Assembly: GCA_039621445.1 (NCBI GenBank)
Contig: CP154954.1
Coordinates: 17,638,589-17,702,588, forward strand
Origin: Euglena gracilis
Taxonomy: Eukaryota
Reading direction: 5' to 3'
Length of the DNA: 64,000 nt
Part shown: positions 38,200-49,240 of the stretch, one piece after another
Layout: each line of letters begins with the position of its first letter
Position numbering within the stretch: position 1 is the first letter of the stretch
Translations under genes and position numbers: made by a program
The notes under the pieces: generated by a model
Databases searched by the model: none
The model's input: only the letters and a program-made list of their open reading frames with translations
What the model was told of the DNA's origin: nothing

Positions 38200-39626
38200 T
38201 GCAGGCCAGTATCCCCCATTGGGAAAAGGCAGGTGCCAGCAGAGAGGTATTAAACCTGATAAGGGAAGGGGTCATGGCAGATCTTCCCCTCCCCCCTCTA
38301 ATGTCCTTAAAAGTTCCCTTCAAAGCCCCCCAGGAAGTAATGACTGCCCAAAAAATTCTGAGAGAATACGAATGTGCAGGGGCAACCAGGCAAATCCCCC
38401 CAGAGGAGGCAAAACATTTTGTCCCTTACTTCATAATTTCCAAAAAAGAAGGGGAAAAGACCAAGGAAAGACTAATTTCAGATTGTCGACAGTTAAATCA
38501 CTATTTCACCCCCCAGAAGTTCAGACTGGAACACATGGGAAACATTTTCCCATATCTCAGAAAGGGTTGGTTCTGTGGAAAAATAGATCTGAAAGATGCT
38601 TATTTCCATTTAAAGCTGCACAGCAGCCTGGAAAAGCATGTCTGCATGCAAGTGGGGGGGAAACGTGGCAATTTCAAGCTGCATGCTTTGGTATAAGCAG
38701 CCTGCAACAAAAATTTATGACTCTCATGAGAGTCTGGGAAAGGAAATGGAGAAAGGAAGGAAAGGTAGTTTTCATCTACCTAGACGACATTTTGCTGTTA
38801 GCCCCCAGCAAAAAGACAGCAGCCCAGCATTTGGCAGAAATGAAAAAAGATCTTTTACTGGCAGGTTTCAGAATAAACCTCCCCAAATCATGTCTGGAAC
38901 CAACACAAGAAATAAAGCATTTGGGCCAGTGGATCAATTTGAAAAAAGGCCAGCTGGAAATTCCACAGGAAAAATTAAAATCCCTAAGAAAGGAATTAGG
39001 AAAGGTGCTGACAGCACAAAAGATGAGCTGCAGAAAACTCAGCTCTATTGTAGGGCAAGTCAGAAGCTATTTAGTTTCAATGCCTTTTCTCAGAATTCTG
39101 ACAGATCAACTTTGCAAAATGGTGGATTTGCACACAAAGTGGGGTTGGGACCACACCCTGACCATTCCCCAGGGGGTCAAAGATCAAATTGTGGAGTTAA
39201 AAACGTTTTTGCAGCCAGGTGTGGGCAGAGCCTTTCAATCCCAGGCCTCTCAGGAACTGTTCTCAGACAGCAGCACCTGGCAATGGGGGGGCTGGACAAA
39301 AAGTCTGGTCAAAAGGTCCAGGATTTCTGGAGGGACCTGCATGTCCTTCACATCAATCAAAAAGAATTGATGTCTGCGGTGGAAACTGTAAAGGCTTTGG
39401 CAAAACCAAAACAAACCATTGTTCTTCATGTGGACAGCCAGGTGGCAGTCAGTTATTTGACAAAATGGGGAGGCAAAAAGCCCTTCTGTACCATTGCCAA
39501 GAAAGGCAAATCAACTTGCAGGTGGTTTGGGTTCCCACAAAAGAACAATTGGCAGACTCCCTGACCAGGGAGCAAAAAGATCCAGGGGATTATACCCTGA
39601 ATCTGACCATTTTCACCAGATTCTGA
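38200..39626 (+). pseudogene. DIRS A reverse transcriptase / RNase H (frameshifted)
   Basis: RLISDCRQLN, KIDLKDAYFH, FQAACFGISS, FIYLDDILL, IKHLGQ; RNase H LFSDSS, HINQKELMSA, LHVDSQVA, LADSLTR. Frameshifts at G-runs ~38655 and ~39290 and near 39485. Confidence 0.92.
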
Positions 39627-40072
39627 AGTTTTTCAAAAACCACATCACCCCAGAGGTGGACATGTTTTGCACACCCAGCAACAAAAAATTCCCCAAGTTC
39701 ATTTGTCGATACCCCCACCAAGGGGCTTTGTTGGTGGATGCTCTGAAGGCAGATTTAAGGGGTCTCCCCCCAGTTTATGCCAACCCTCCCTGGAGCATCA
39801 TTCCCCAAAGGGTTCAGAGATTAATGTTAAACCCAGACCTAACATGTCTGTTGATCGTACGCCACTGGGCTTCGACATCATGGTGGCGCCAATTAATGTC
39901 AATCAGGCAGCCAGGCAGCAAGGTTTTGCTAGTACCCCCCCAGTGGGGTCTGTTCACCAACTGCTGGGGGGAGGAGATGCCCCCCCCAAGGTGGAATTTG
40001 GCCTGCTTGATTGCGTCAGGCAAATATTACAATCCCAGGAAGTTTCGATGTCCAGTATCGACACTTACATAA
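39627..40072 (+). CDS. DIRS A Dam-like N6-adenine DNA methyltransferase domain
   Basis: EVDMFCTPSNKK...VDAL...VYANPPWSII: the D-x-F SAM-binding motif plus the NPPW catalytic motif typical of the DIRS MT domain. Confidence 0.85.
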
Positions 40073-40920
40073 AAAATCTGGGAAATGTCAAAAGATATGA
40101 CTCAGCCTTCAGGGCATTGGTGAGACAATTATTGCACAAAGGGGTGCGTCTGCAGCAGTGCACAGTCCCAAAGATGGCTGAAGCCATCCTTGATCTTGCT
40201 GTTCATAGCATCAATACTGCACGAAATGCATATGCAGCAGCCTTACTACTCCCAGGGTTTGGGTCTTTGAGATTTTCACCCCTTCTGGCTCCATTGAAAA
40301 GGAAGTGGAATGCCAATGTCTGCAAGTATGCCCACTTTTGGGACCCCACTGATTTCCTAGAAAACATCATGAGGAATTCCACACCCCTCTCAGACCTATC
40401 TGTGAAAGAGCTCAGAAACAGACTCATCATCTGTTGGAGGCTTTTGGCCCTCCACAGGGGGGTTGATTTAGCCAGGACACAGCGAAAAATCAGTTTCGTG
40501 GGAGAAACAATTTTCATTTTCTTGCAAAGGAAAGGGTGGCAATTCCCAAAATGGGAAGAGATTTTGAATTTGCCACACACCCCCCTCATAAGCCCATGGC
40601 ATTTATTGAAAGAGTATGTGGAAAGGACAGCCCACATGGTTGGGCACAAAAATAATTTGTTGTGGTCTTTGGATGGTAAAAGACCTTTGACATCAGAAAG
40701 GGTGAATTCCCTAACCAAAGACGTTCTGCAGGAGGGGGGGGTGGACACCACCCACTGGAAACCCCACAGCACCAGAGGGGCTGGGGTCTTATGGTGGAAA
40801 AATGCTGGTTTGCAAGTGGAAGAAGTCCAGCAGCTGGGTCAGTGGAAAAATTTTTGGTGCCTTCCAAGCTCATTATTTGAGGCTGGGAGTCGTGTCAAAA
40901 ATTCAAAATATTATGGCCCA
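40000..40920 (+). CDS. DIRS A tyrosine recombinase (frameshift near 40850)
   Basis: LLALHRGVDL (catalytic R), QRKG (K), HSTRGAG (HxxR), LGQW, then AFQAHYLR (catalytic Y) after a frameshift in an A/T run. Confidence 0.9.
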
Positions 40921-43900
40921 AAGGGGGGTGCACAGTACCTCACCATCTCGCAGTGCGGAGCCCGAATGGTCTCGGACTCCCACGACACAGGAAGGGGGAG
41001 GAAGGGACCAAGAGGGCGAAGCACAAGAAGATGGTGAGCCCAACCCTCCCACCCAAAAAACCAGCAGAAAAACATCCCAACCAGAAAAGGGACCCCCAAC
41101 CAAGCAGCCCCAACCACCCACCCAGAAACACAGAAAGAGACCACCATCCCCATCAGGGGGGGGGGGCCACCAAGCGACCATGGGAGAGGGGGGGGGCGGG
41201 GCCACAACGGTTCAGCTTCGCCAAGGTGTCGGAGGAGGCCTCATCATCGCCAACTCCGGCAACAAAGGCGCAGTAAGAAGCACCCCCCGCGCACGCACAA
41301 ACACACCAGAACAGAACAGCCGGCAAGGAAAGCAGGACCTCACCATCTTCTTGTGCTTCGCCCTCTTGGTCCCTTCCTCCCCCTTCCTGTGTCGTGGGAG
41401 TCCGAATTTGGGGGCTCTGGGGAATAGAGACAACTCTCTCCCACTTATGGAGTTTTTGCCCTTTACGTTTAATTTTGATGTAGGGTGCCCCCCCCAACAC
41501 ACTGGTGGTTCTTTGGACCTGTGCCAAATCAGAACTTCTGTATAAACAGAGGATACGTGAACAGAAAATGAGTTGTGTATGTAATGTACACATATCAGAG
41601 GGCAGGTGGGACTGTGCCAGCCCCAGTAGGATTGGGAGGGGATCCCAGATTGGTTCCAAAGCCTTTTATAAGGTGCCAACATGGCATGGAACTTCAGGTC
41701 TCCAAAGCCAGGGATCAAAAGCATAGCACTGTATGCATTGCGTGCCTGGGCCTTTGAAAATTGAAACAGTTGAACTAAAGCGTCAACCACTTGGTCAGTG
41801 GTGGCTTCAGGGGGGGGTACCCCCATTTTGTCCAAACTTACCCATAAAAGCGTAAAAGCGCTTTGATAACGCTTTAAACTGGGATTTCTTCCCAGGAAAT
41901 CGTTAATAGTCGAATTTTGTACTTGCTTCCCCTCCAAAATTTGCCTGAGCAAATCATGCAAAGGAGGGGCCACCTGGGGGTGGCGTTTTTTCCCCCCTGC
42001 AGTTGGTGAACATACCCTTGTAGGGGGTGATTTTCAGGCAGGGGGTCCCTGGAACTTTCATTTTTATTAACTGGGGCCACCATGTGGCTGAATCCCAGTA
42101 GGGGGTGACCATCAAAACTTTGGCCTGTGGAAACATTTTTCATCTGGGGAGAAACTTTCGAGTAACAGACCAGGGGGGGGTTGCATAAAGTCCCCCCATG
42201 TTGTCCAGTGGGAATTGCAATGCGTCCACTGCTGTGGCATCCCAATGGGGCCACCTGGCCACAAATTGTGGTAGTTTTTTGTTGCCTGGTGAGGCAAAAA
42301 GGTCTGTTTTTAGGCTGATGTAATTTTTGAACTGCTGCCTCAGCCACTGAAAAATTTGGGGGTCCAGGGAGTAATCCCCCCTGTCCATTTCCCACCTGTT
42401 TATGGGGTCTGCCAGGCATTCCTTTGAAGGCACCCACTTTACTTGCAGGTTTATGTTGTGTTCCATGCACCATTTGAAAAAGGGTCTTAGCATGGAATTG
42501 AAGGGGTCTTTTCTGCCCCCCCCCTTTGTTAAGTAATAGTAAATTACTTGATTGTCCACTGACAGGGACACAGTTTCTCCTGGTTTGCTTAGGCTTTGTA
42601 CGTTGCTTATTGCTGCACTTAATTCTTTGACATTTATGTGCAAAATGGAGCTTTCCCTCCAAAATTCTTGCACAATTTCGCCTGTTCGAATGTCCAGCCC
42701 CCCCCATGCATGGGTACTGCTGTCTGAGTGCAACTGGGTCTGCCCCCCCAGGAGTCCAGTAGATTTTTTATTTCTCTTAATTGGTCTTTTATTCTTTGGG
42801 AAATGGCGTGTTTTGAGTCCAGGAGGCTGTGGAATATTCCACCAAAAAAATTGCCAGGGCATCCGTAAAGGCCCTTAGAAAGGGCAGGGCCATTAGATTG
42901 CATCTTATTTGGCCCAAAATGGCAGCCAACTGCCTTTTTGACATGTCATCTTTCTTCACCATTTTCCCCAGCTCCTTTTTTACTTTTTTTTTCTGGGGGG
43001 GCACCTGCAATTTTCCCTCTTGGAAGTTTAATTGAAACCCAAGATGATTTACGATTTGGGTTGGCTGCAGGGTGGACTTTTTTACATTGATTTTGAATCC
43101 TGATTTGATTAAATCCCTGACCACTGTGTTCAGGTGATTTTGTAAGAGATTGTGTGTTGGGGCTACCAGTAAAATGTCGTCCAGGTAAATAAGTACCTGG
43201 ATGCCCCTTTTTCTCCACAGCTTTTCGAATGTCTTCATTACTGACAAAAAAAATTTGGGGCATTACATTCAGGCCAAAACAGCCTGCCTGGAATTCCCAG
43301 GTCTGCCCGCCCACCTGATGTCTTAGAAATGGCCTTAGGGCCTGGCTCACTGGTATGTGGAGGTAGGCATCCTTTGCTGCCCAGTGGCCTTTTTCCAACA
43401 CAGGGAAAATGTGCTGGATGTGATCCAGCTTGAAAGGTTTCACTGGGAACAGTTGATTTATTTCCCTGCAATCGCTTATTAACCTCCACTTGGTCTGTCC
43501 CCCCTCTGGTTTTGAAATCAAAAACCAGGGGATGAGGTGCTGGGTGGTTGAATCCCTCACCCTCTTTACGGGTCCAGATTTTTCGTAATCCAGCAGTATT
43601 TTTTTCTGCTTGGGGTAGGTTCAAATTTGCTCTGGGTTTTGGGTGGGTGGACACTTTTGGTGGGTTTACCCAGGGGGGTTGAATGCCATCCCTGATGAGT
43701 TGACATGTTGTTGGGGGGGCATTTTTTGCCCACCATTTCAGGCTTTTTTGCAGCCTTTGATGGAGGGGGGGTGTCTCCCCATTTCTCCTCCATGGAATTT
43801 ATTTCCTGGATAAGATTGTTTTGGGAGGGCTGGGCTGGGGGTGATGGACATTTTTGGCTTTTTTGCAACCTTTGATGGAGGGGGGTGTCTCCCTTTATTT

Positions 43901-45486
43901 CCTCCATTGAAGTTGTTTTCTGGATAAGAAGATTTTGGGGGGGCTGGGCTGGGGGTGTTGGACATTGCACCCCTAGGTCCCCTAGGGCTTGGGCCTTTGG
44001 AAAAGGAAATTTTTTCTGGGGTGATGTGCATGCATTCTCTCCCTCTCTGATCACCAGTCTGGAGGATCTTGTTGTTGGATGACATACCATAGGGCTTAAT
44101 GCCCCTGTTTTGCCTGTCTGGTCTTGTCCATGATGATCTGGTTGGTTGACATACCATAGGGGGGCCTCTGTGGGTCCCCCCGTTGACTGAACAATCGGGA
44201 CTTGAGAAATAAATGTTGGAGGGGCTCCTGCCCGTCCCTTCAAAAGGGCCACTGTGGGTCCCTTTTCCTGCTGAGGCTGAGTCATTAAAAGGGCCACTGT
44301 GGGTCCCTTTTTCCCCCCTTTTTGGCAGAGGGCCTCTGTGGGTCCCTCGGGGGAGTTCTCCAGCAGCTTTCTTAGCTTCTTGGTGGCCACCGTGGGTCCA
44401 TCCTGCTGGTTGGGGATGATGTCCCATAGCTTCTTGGTGGCCTCTGTGGGTCCACCCTGCTGGCCTCCAAGGCTTCCATGTATAAATCTTTTTCCATTAT
44501 CCATCTGTTGGTCTTCCAGGCCTTGATTGCTTCTTGGCCTCCAACCCCACTGGAAATCTGGGGGGGCTGCTGTGGCCCCCCCTTTTCCCCTTGGGAGGGG
44601 TTGTTGTGTAAGATGAATTGTGGGGGTTTGACAGACCTTTTCTGCCGCTTCCTGAGGGTATTTGCTTGTAAAATTGGCCCCCATGGCCCCTGTAACGTTG
44701 ACCTCCTTGGCCTTGATTCCATCTCCCCAGCCTTTGTGTACAGGCTTGGGGGAAAAGCCCCTGATTTGTGGGCTTTGGATGTCCAATGCTGAAGTATTTT
44801 GGGCCTCCGTGGCCCATCCTTTGCCCACTGAGGGCTTGGGCTGACTTCTGTTTTCTGGGCCTTCTGGCCACAGTGGTCCAAGGACCGTGGCCGTCACTGG
44901 GGGGGATTTGTGGGAAATTTCTGGGGTGGGGGTCTGGGTGGGAAGAACGGCCACGGTTTGCCACGTGTCGACCGCATCTCCAAGTTCTCCAGCTGCTGCT
45001 GCGGCCTCTGCTCCAAGACGTCCCCGGCGATGAAATCCCAATTTCTTCTCGATTGCATTGCTCATTGAAGTCAAACTTGAAATTTGATAATTTACTTTTG
45101 AGTTGATATTCGTCTGGTTCGTGTCCTTCTGGATATTGAATTGATATTGACTTCTTTTCTTGGTTCTTCTTCGTTTGTTGTCTCTGTTCCTTTCTTCTGG
45201 GTGTCGAAGGGCAAGTTAACAATCAGCCAAATACGGCGAAAAAAGGCACTAAGCGGGACCTCCTAACCCAGCGCAGCGAACAATCACACAACAAACCGCC
45301 GGCGAGCAAGGCATGGCCTCACAATGGCAAAGTGCGGAGCCCAAGGTGTCAATACCCTTCGAACTGCCTTCGCGACCCAGATATTTAGAGAGATCTTCTT
45401 TGGGCAACGCAAACACCCCAGTGACCGCAGAAATTCTACTCCCCCGAGGAAGCCCGCAAGGGTGGAAGGGACACCTAGGGAAACCT

Positions 45487-46008
45487 TGTGAGGCCACGCC
45501 TTGCCCTGTGCTACTACCCGGGCTCCGAAATTTGCCCTGGTGGGGCCATACCTTGCTCGCCGGCGGTGTGCTGTGGATCTTTTTTGGTTTGCTGGGTTAG
45601 GCTGTCCCGTGCAGTGCCTTTTTCGCCGGAGATGGCCGTTTCCCATTTTGCCCTTCGACAGCCAACAAAAAGGGACCTGAAAACCTTATCCACTGGAAGA
45701 AGAAGAACTCCACTCAACTAAGTTCAAATATCCGGGGAGGCACGCTCGTGAAGAACAAAAAAGAAGAAACTGTTGAGTTTTTTTTGAAAGAGGTTCAAGG
45801 AAAGATGCCTTTTCAAAGAAGCACAGCGCTGGAGAACTTCAAGAGGGAGAAGCCGAAGCAGCTGGACAACCTGACGACGTGGACCGACCGTTGAGAACCG
45901 TGGCTGCTCCTTACCCATCAGAAAATTAAAAATACAAAAAAACACCCGAAGTAACAACCACGTACCATGGCAGACAGTGGCCAGAAGACCCCGGAGGGAG
46001 CAGAAGAA
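45487..46008 (+). mobile_element. 5' fragment of a B-related DIRS element
   Basis: TGTGAGGCCA...CCTTGCTCGCCGGCGGT...GCTGGGTTAGG ITR-like sequence followed by a gag-start-like region. Ends at the terminus of DIRS C. Confidence 0.55.
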
Positions 46009-47700
46009 TCGCACTCCTCGAGGCAAGCGGACCAGGGAGTAAGGGACACCGAGGGCGAGGCACAAAGACATTGTGAGGCCATGCCTCGCTCGCCGGCGGT
46101 TTGTTGTGATTGTTTTGTGCGCTGGGTTAGGAGGTCACGCTTAGTGCCGTCTCTCCGGAGTTGGCTGCTGATGCTTCTCAGACGTGACGACGTGGCTTCT
46201 GTCCCTTGGGGGTCCCCCACCCACCTCCCCCCCCCCTGGCCCGCGTCTTCTGAACGAGGGTGTTCGAACACAAATTTCCGGACATTGGCGGGGGGGTTCG
46301 GGCTCACAACGTCTTTTTGCTTCGCCCTCGGTGTCCCTTCCTCCCTGGTCGGCTTGCCGCGAGGGAGTACGAGACACCTCGGGCTCCGCACTTTGCCATT
46401 GTGAGGCCAGATTGTGCACTGAAATTAGGGGGGCCAGGGCATTCTCTAAAGCACCTTGGGCACCAAGTCTTTGGTAATGGGCTGTGAAAGCCTCCACCCC
46501 CTTCCACTGACCAATTTCACAAACTTCTTGGGCACAAAGGCCCAGTTTTTTGAGCAAACCAGCCCCTGCTCCTCTGGTGGAGTGGGGTCCCCAAACTTGG
46601 GGGGTCCCCATGTTGGGATAAAAATGTTTTTGTAATGGAAGCAACTGTATCAGCACTTATGGCTTTATAGGGTGGTTTTAACGAAATTAAAATGGGACCC
46701 TCAGGTTTCACAAAGAAACGTGTTGCTGCCACCTAGGACATCATCAAATGAAAGGGACTGATTTAGGGACAGTGAGGAATTGCAACAACTCTCTCCCACT
46801 TGTGGAACTTCTGGCCTTTACGCTTAATTTTGATCTAGGCAGCCCCACCCAGCACACTGGTGGTTCTTTGGACCTGTGCCAAATCCGAACTTCTGTATAA
46901 ACAGAGAATTCTGCAGCAAAAAATGAGTTGTGTACGTAATATACAAATATCAGTGGGCAGGGGGGACTGTGCCAGCCCCAGGAGGATTGGGAGGGGATCC
47001 CCAAAAGCACCATACTTCTCCATATTTTTGTTCCAAAGCCTTTTGTAAGGGGCTAACATGCCATGGAACTTCAGACCACCAAGGCCTGAAGTTCAAAGCA
47101 AGAGATTAAAAGCATAGCACAGTATGCATTACGGGCCTGTGCCTTTGAAAATTGAAAAAGTTGTATTAAAGCGTCAACCACTTGGTCAGTGCTGGCTGTA
47201 GGGGGGGGGGTACCCCCCTTTTCCAGAATGACCCATAGAAGCGTAAAGGGGTTTTGGTAACGCCCTATACTGGGGTTTCTTCCCAGGAAATTGTTAGTGG
47301 ACTTAGTTTGTATTTGTTTCCCTTCCAAAAGAACTTCCAAAGAACGGGCCACCCGGGGGGTGGCATTTTTTCTCCCCTGCAATTGGTGAAAATACCCTTG
47401 TAGGGGGTGATTTTCAGGCAGGGGGTCCCTGGCACTTTTCTTTTTTTTTTAACTGGGGCCACCAGGTGGCTGAATCCCAGTAGGGGGTTACCATCAAATC
47501 TTTTGTCTGCAGAAAATTTTTTCAATCTGGGGAGGAATTTTTTGAATTACTGACCGGGGGTGGGGGTGTTTCATAAAGGTGCCCCAGATTGTCCAGGGGA
47601 AATTGCAGTGCATCCACTGCTGAGGCCTCCCAGTGGGGGCCTCAGCAGTGAACAGGATTTTTTCTGCCTGGTTCAGGTCCAGGTTGGTTCTGGTTTTTGA
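46009..47700 (-). mobile_element. DIRS C, 3' portion (MT remnant, YR, ICR, ITR), same family as B
   Basis: 46009-46760 parallels 36065-36824. Uninterrupted YR region (LYRSSDL, HSTRGAG, GQW, AHYQRL). Truncated near 47640-47700. Confidence 0.9.
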
Positions 47701-47721
47701 TGAGGGGACAATTTTTGGGGC

Positions 47722-48055
47722 ATACAATTGCTTACCGACCCCGGGGTGTGGAGGGGGTCACTCACTTTTTGAAAAACCAGTCAGTCACTCATTTTCAAAA
47801 AACCAGCCAGTCACCACCCCCCGGGGGTGGGGGGGTCGGCCACTCAGAAAAACGGCCACTTTCCAGTCACTTTAAGCCATTTTAAGTCCAAAAAAAATTC
47901 TGGCGCCTTCGGCACCGGAGTCACTCAAGCCACTTTTGCCCACTCCTGGCCGACCCCCTCCCCGGGGCCAAAAACCAGTCAGTCACTCTGAAAAAAACCA
48001 GTCACCCACCCCCCCCCCCGGGGGGTGGGGTTGGTCAGTGCTTAAGCAACTGCCT
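47722..48055. mobile_element. MITE related to 2004-2413
   Basis: AAAAAACCAGTCAGTCAC subterminal motifs and GCTTA-type ends. TSD not confirmed. Confidence 0.55.
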
Positions 48056-49240
48056 GTTGGGGGGCTGACCCAAGGCGGTTGAATGCCATCTTTAATAATT
48101 TGGCAGGTTGCTGGGGGGGGGGGGCATTTTTCTGCCACCATTTTAGACTTTTTTGCAGTCTCTGGTGTAGGGGAGGGAATTTCCCCATTTTTCCTCCATC
48201 GAATTTATACCCCAACCAGTTGATATACTGGGGGTTGGGTTGGGGGTGTTGGACATTTGTGAGTGGTCCAGGTGCATTTGTATAGTCACCATGAAATCAC
48301 AGGCTGAAGTCTAATTCAAACAGGCAGATCCTAATTCACAGCAAAAATGATGGTGCTGTCCGTAGGTGGCTGTCAACCATCGAGATGTACAGCCATATTT
48401 GGTGAGATGTCGTTCTGTTGCCTGCCAGACAGATTCTCTGAGACTGGAATCGGTGGCTTGCAAGACATCTGGCAAAAGGCGAACAAGGGCCAGACGGCTA
48501 CAGCGGAGATGGCTCGACCACCAAAAAAGATTGGAAGATTTGAATATTGATGGACCAAATTGCGGACCAGATTGGACATTGCAAAGACATTGTGATTGGT
48601 TATTACAATTTGCTGCCACTTTGATTGTGGTCGGCTGCTGGGTATTTGTCTTTGGCTGTGGCCTGACGCCGCGGTACTGTGTGTACACCTGTGGATCCGC
48701 TGCGAAAGAATTTATCCGATGTGGCCTGATGTCGCAGAAGCGTGCTGCAATTTGGCTGCTAATCCCTCATTGGCTGTAACATAGTCACTCAGATCGTGTC
48801 ACCCACCCCTGTGTGCTGTGTAGTGTGTCGGTGGCAGGTGTGAAGACAATCACCCAGGACAGTGCCATTAAAATTTCAAATGGACCACGTTTTTGCCTGG
48901 CCCCTCAAAAAATTTCGATGCACCTGGCCCAATTTGGAGTCAGGTCAGATTGCCGATGGCAATCTCCTGAGCAGGGGGGTGTGAGTGGTCCAGGTGCATT
49001 TTCATAGTCACCAGGAAATCACAGGCTGATCCCTACTTCAAACAGGCAGATCCTAATTCACAGAAAAAATGATTGTGCTGTCTGTAGGTGGCTGTCAACA
49101 TACACTGTGCACTCCGTTGTCTGGGATTACTTTCCTCAGATTGGATTTGTTTGATTTTGTCTGCGGCGCAAGTTTATTTCAAGTTTGGTCATTGCTGCTG
49201 CAAGTGGGATTTTGGGAAAGAGATTTTAGTGAAAGGGATG

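Larger units (their letters stand above)
36825..41405 (+). mobile_element. DIRS1-like retrotransposon A, structurally complete (~4.58 kb)
   Basis: ITRs ~36850-36946 and ~41250-41348. ICR ~40937-41038 equals the reverse complement of the joined ends. Order gag-RT-RH-MT-YR. No TSD. Confidence 0.95.
36065..45350 (-). mobile_element. DIRS1-like retrotransposon B (decayed; interrupted by DIRS A at 36825-41405)
   Basis: ITRs (~36130-36207 vs ~45245-45325). ICR ~36362-36470 is complementary to both ends. RT (KDAYLH, YLDDILL ~42800-43560), RNase H (LHSDSS, HINVKEL), MT (TDLFAS...ATPPW), and YR split into 41406-41970 and 36480-36824 (HSTRGAG). Many frameshifts. Confidence 0.92.
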
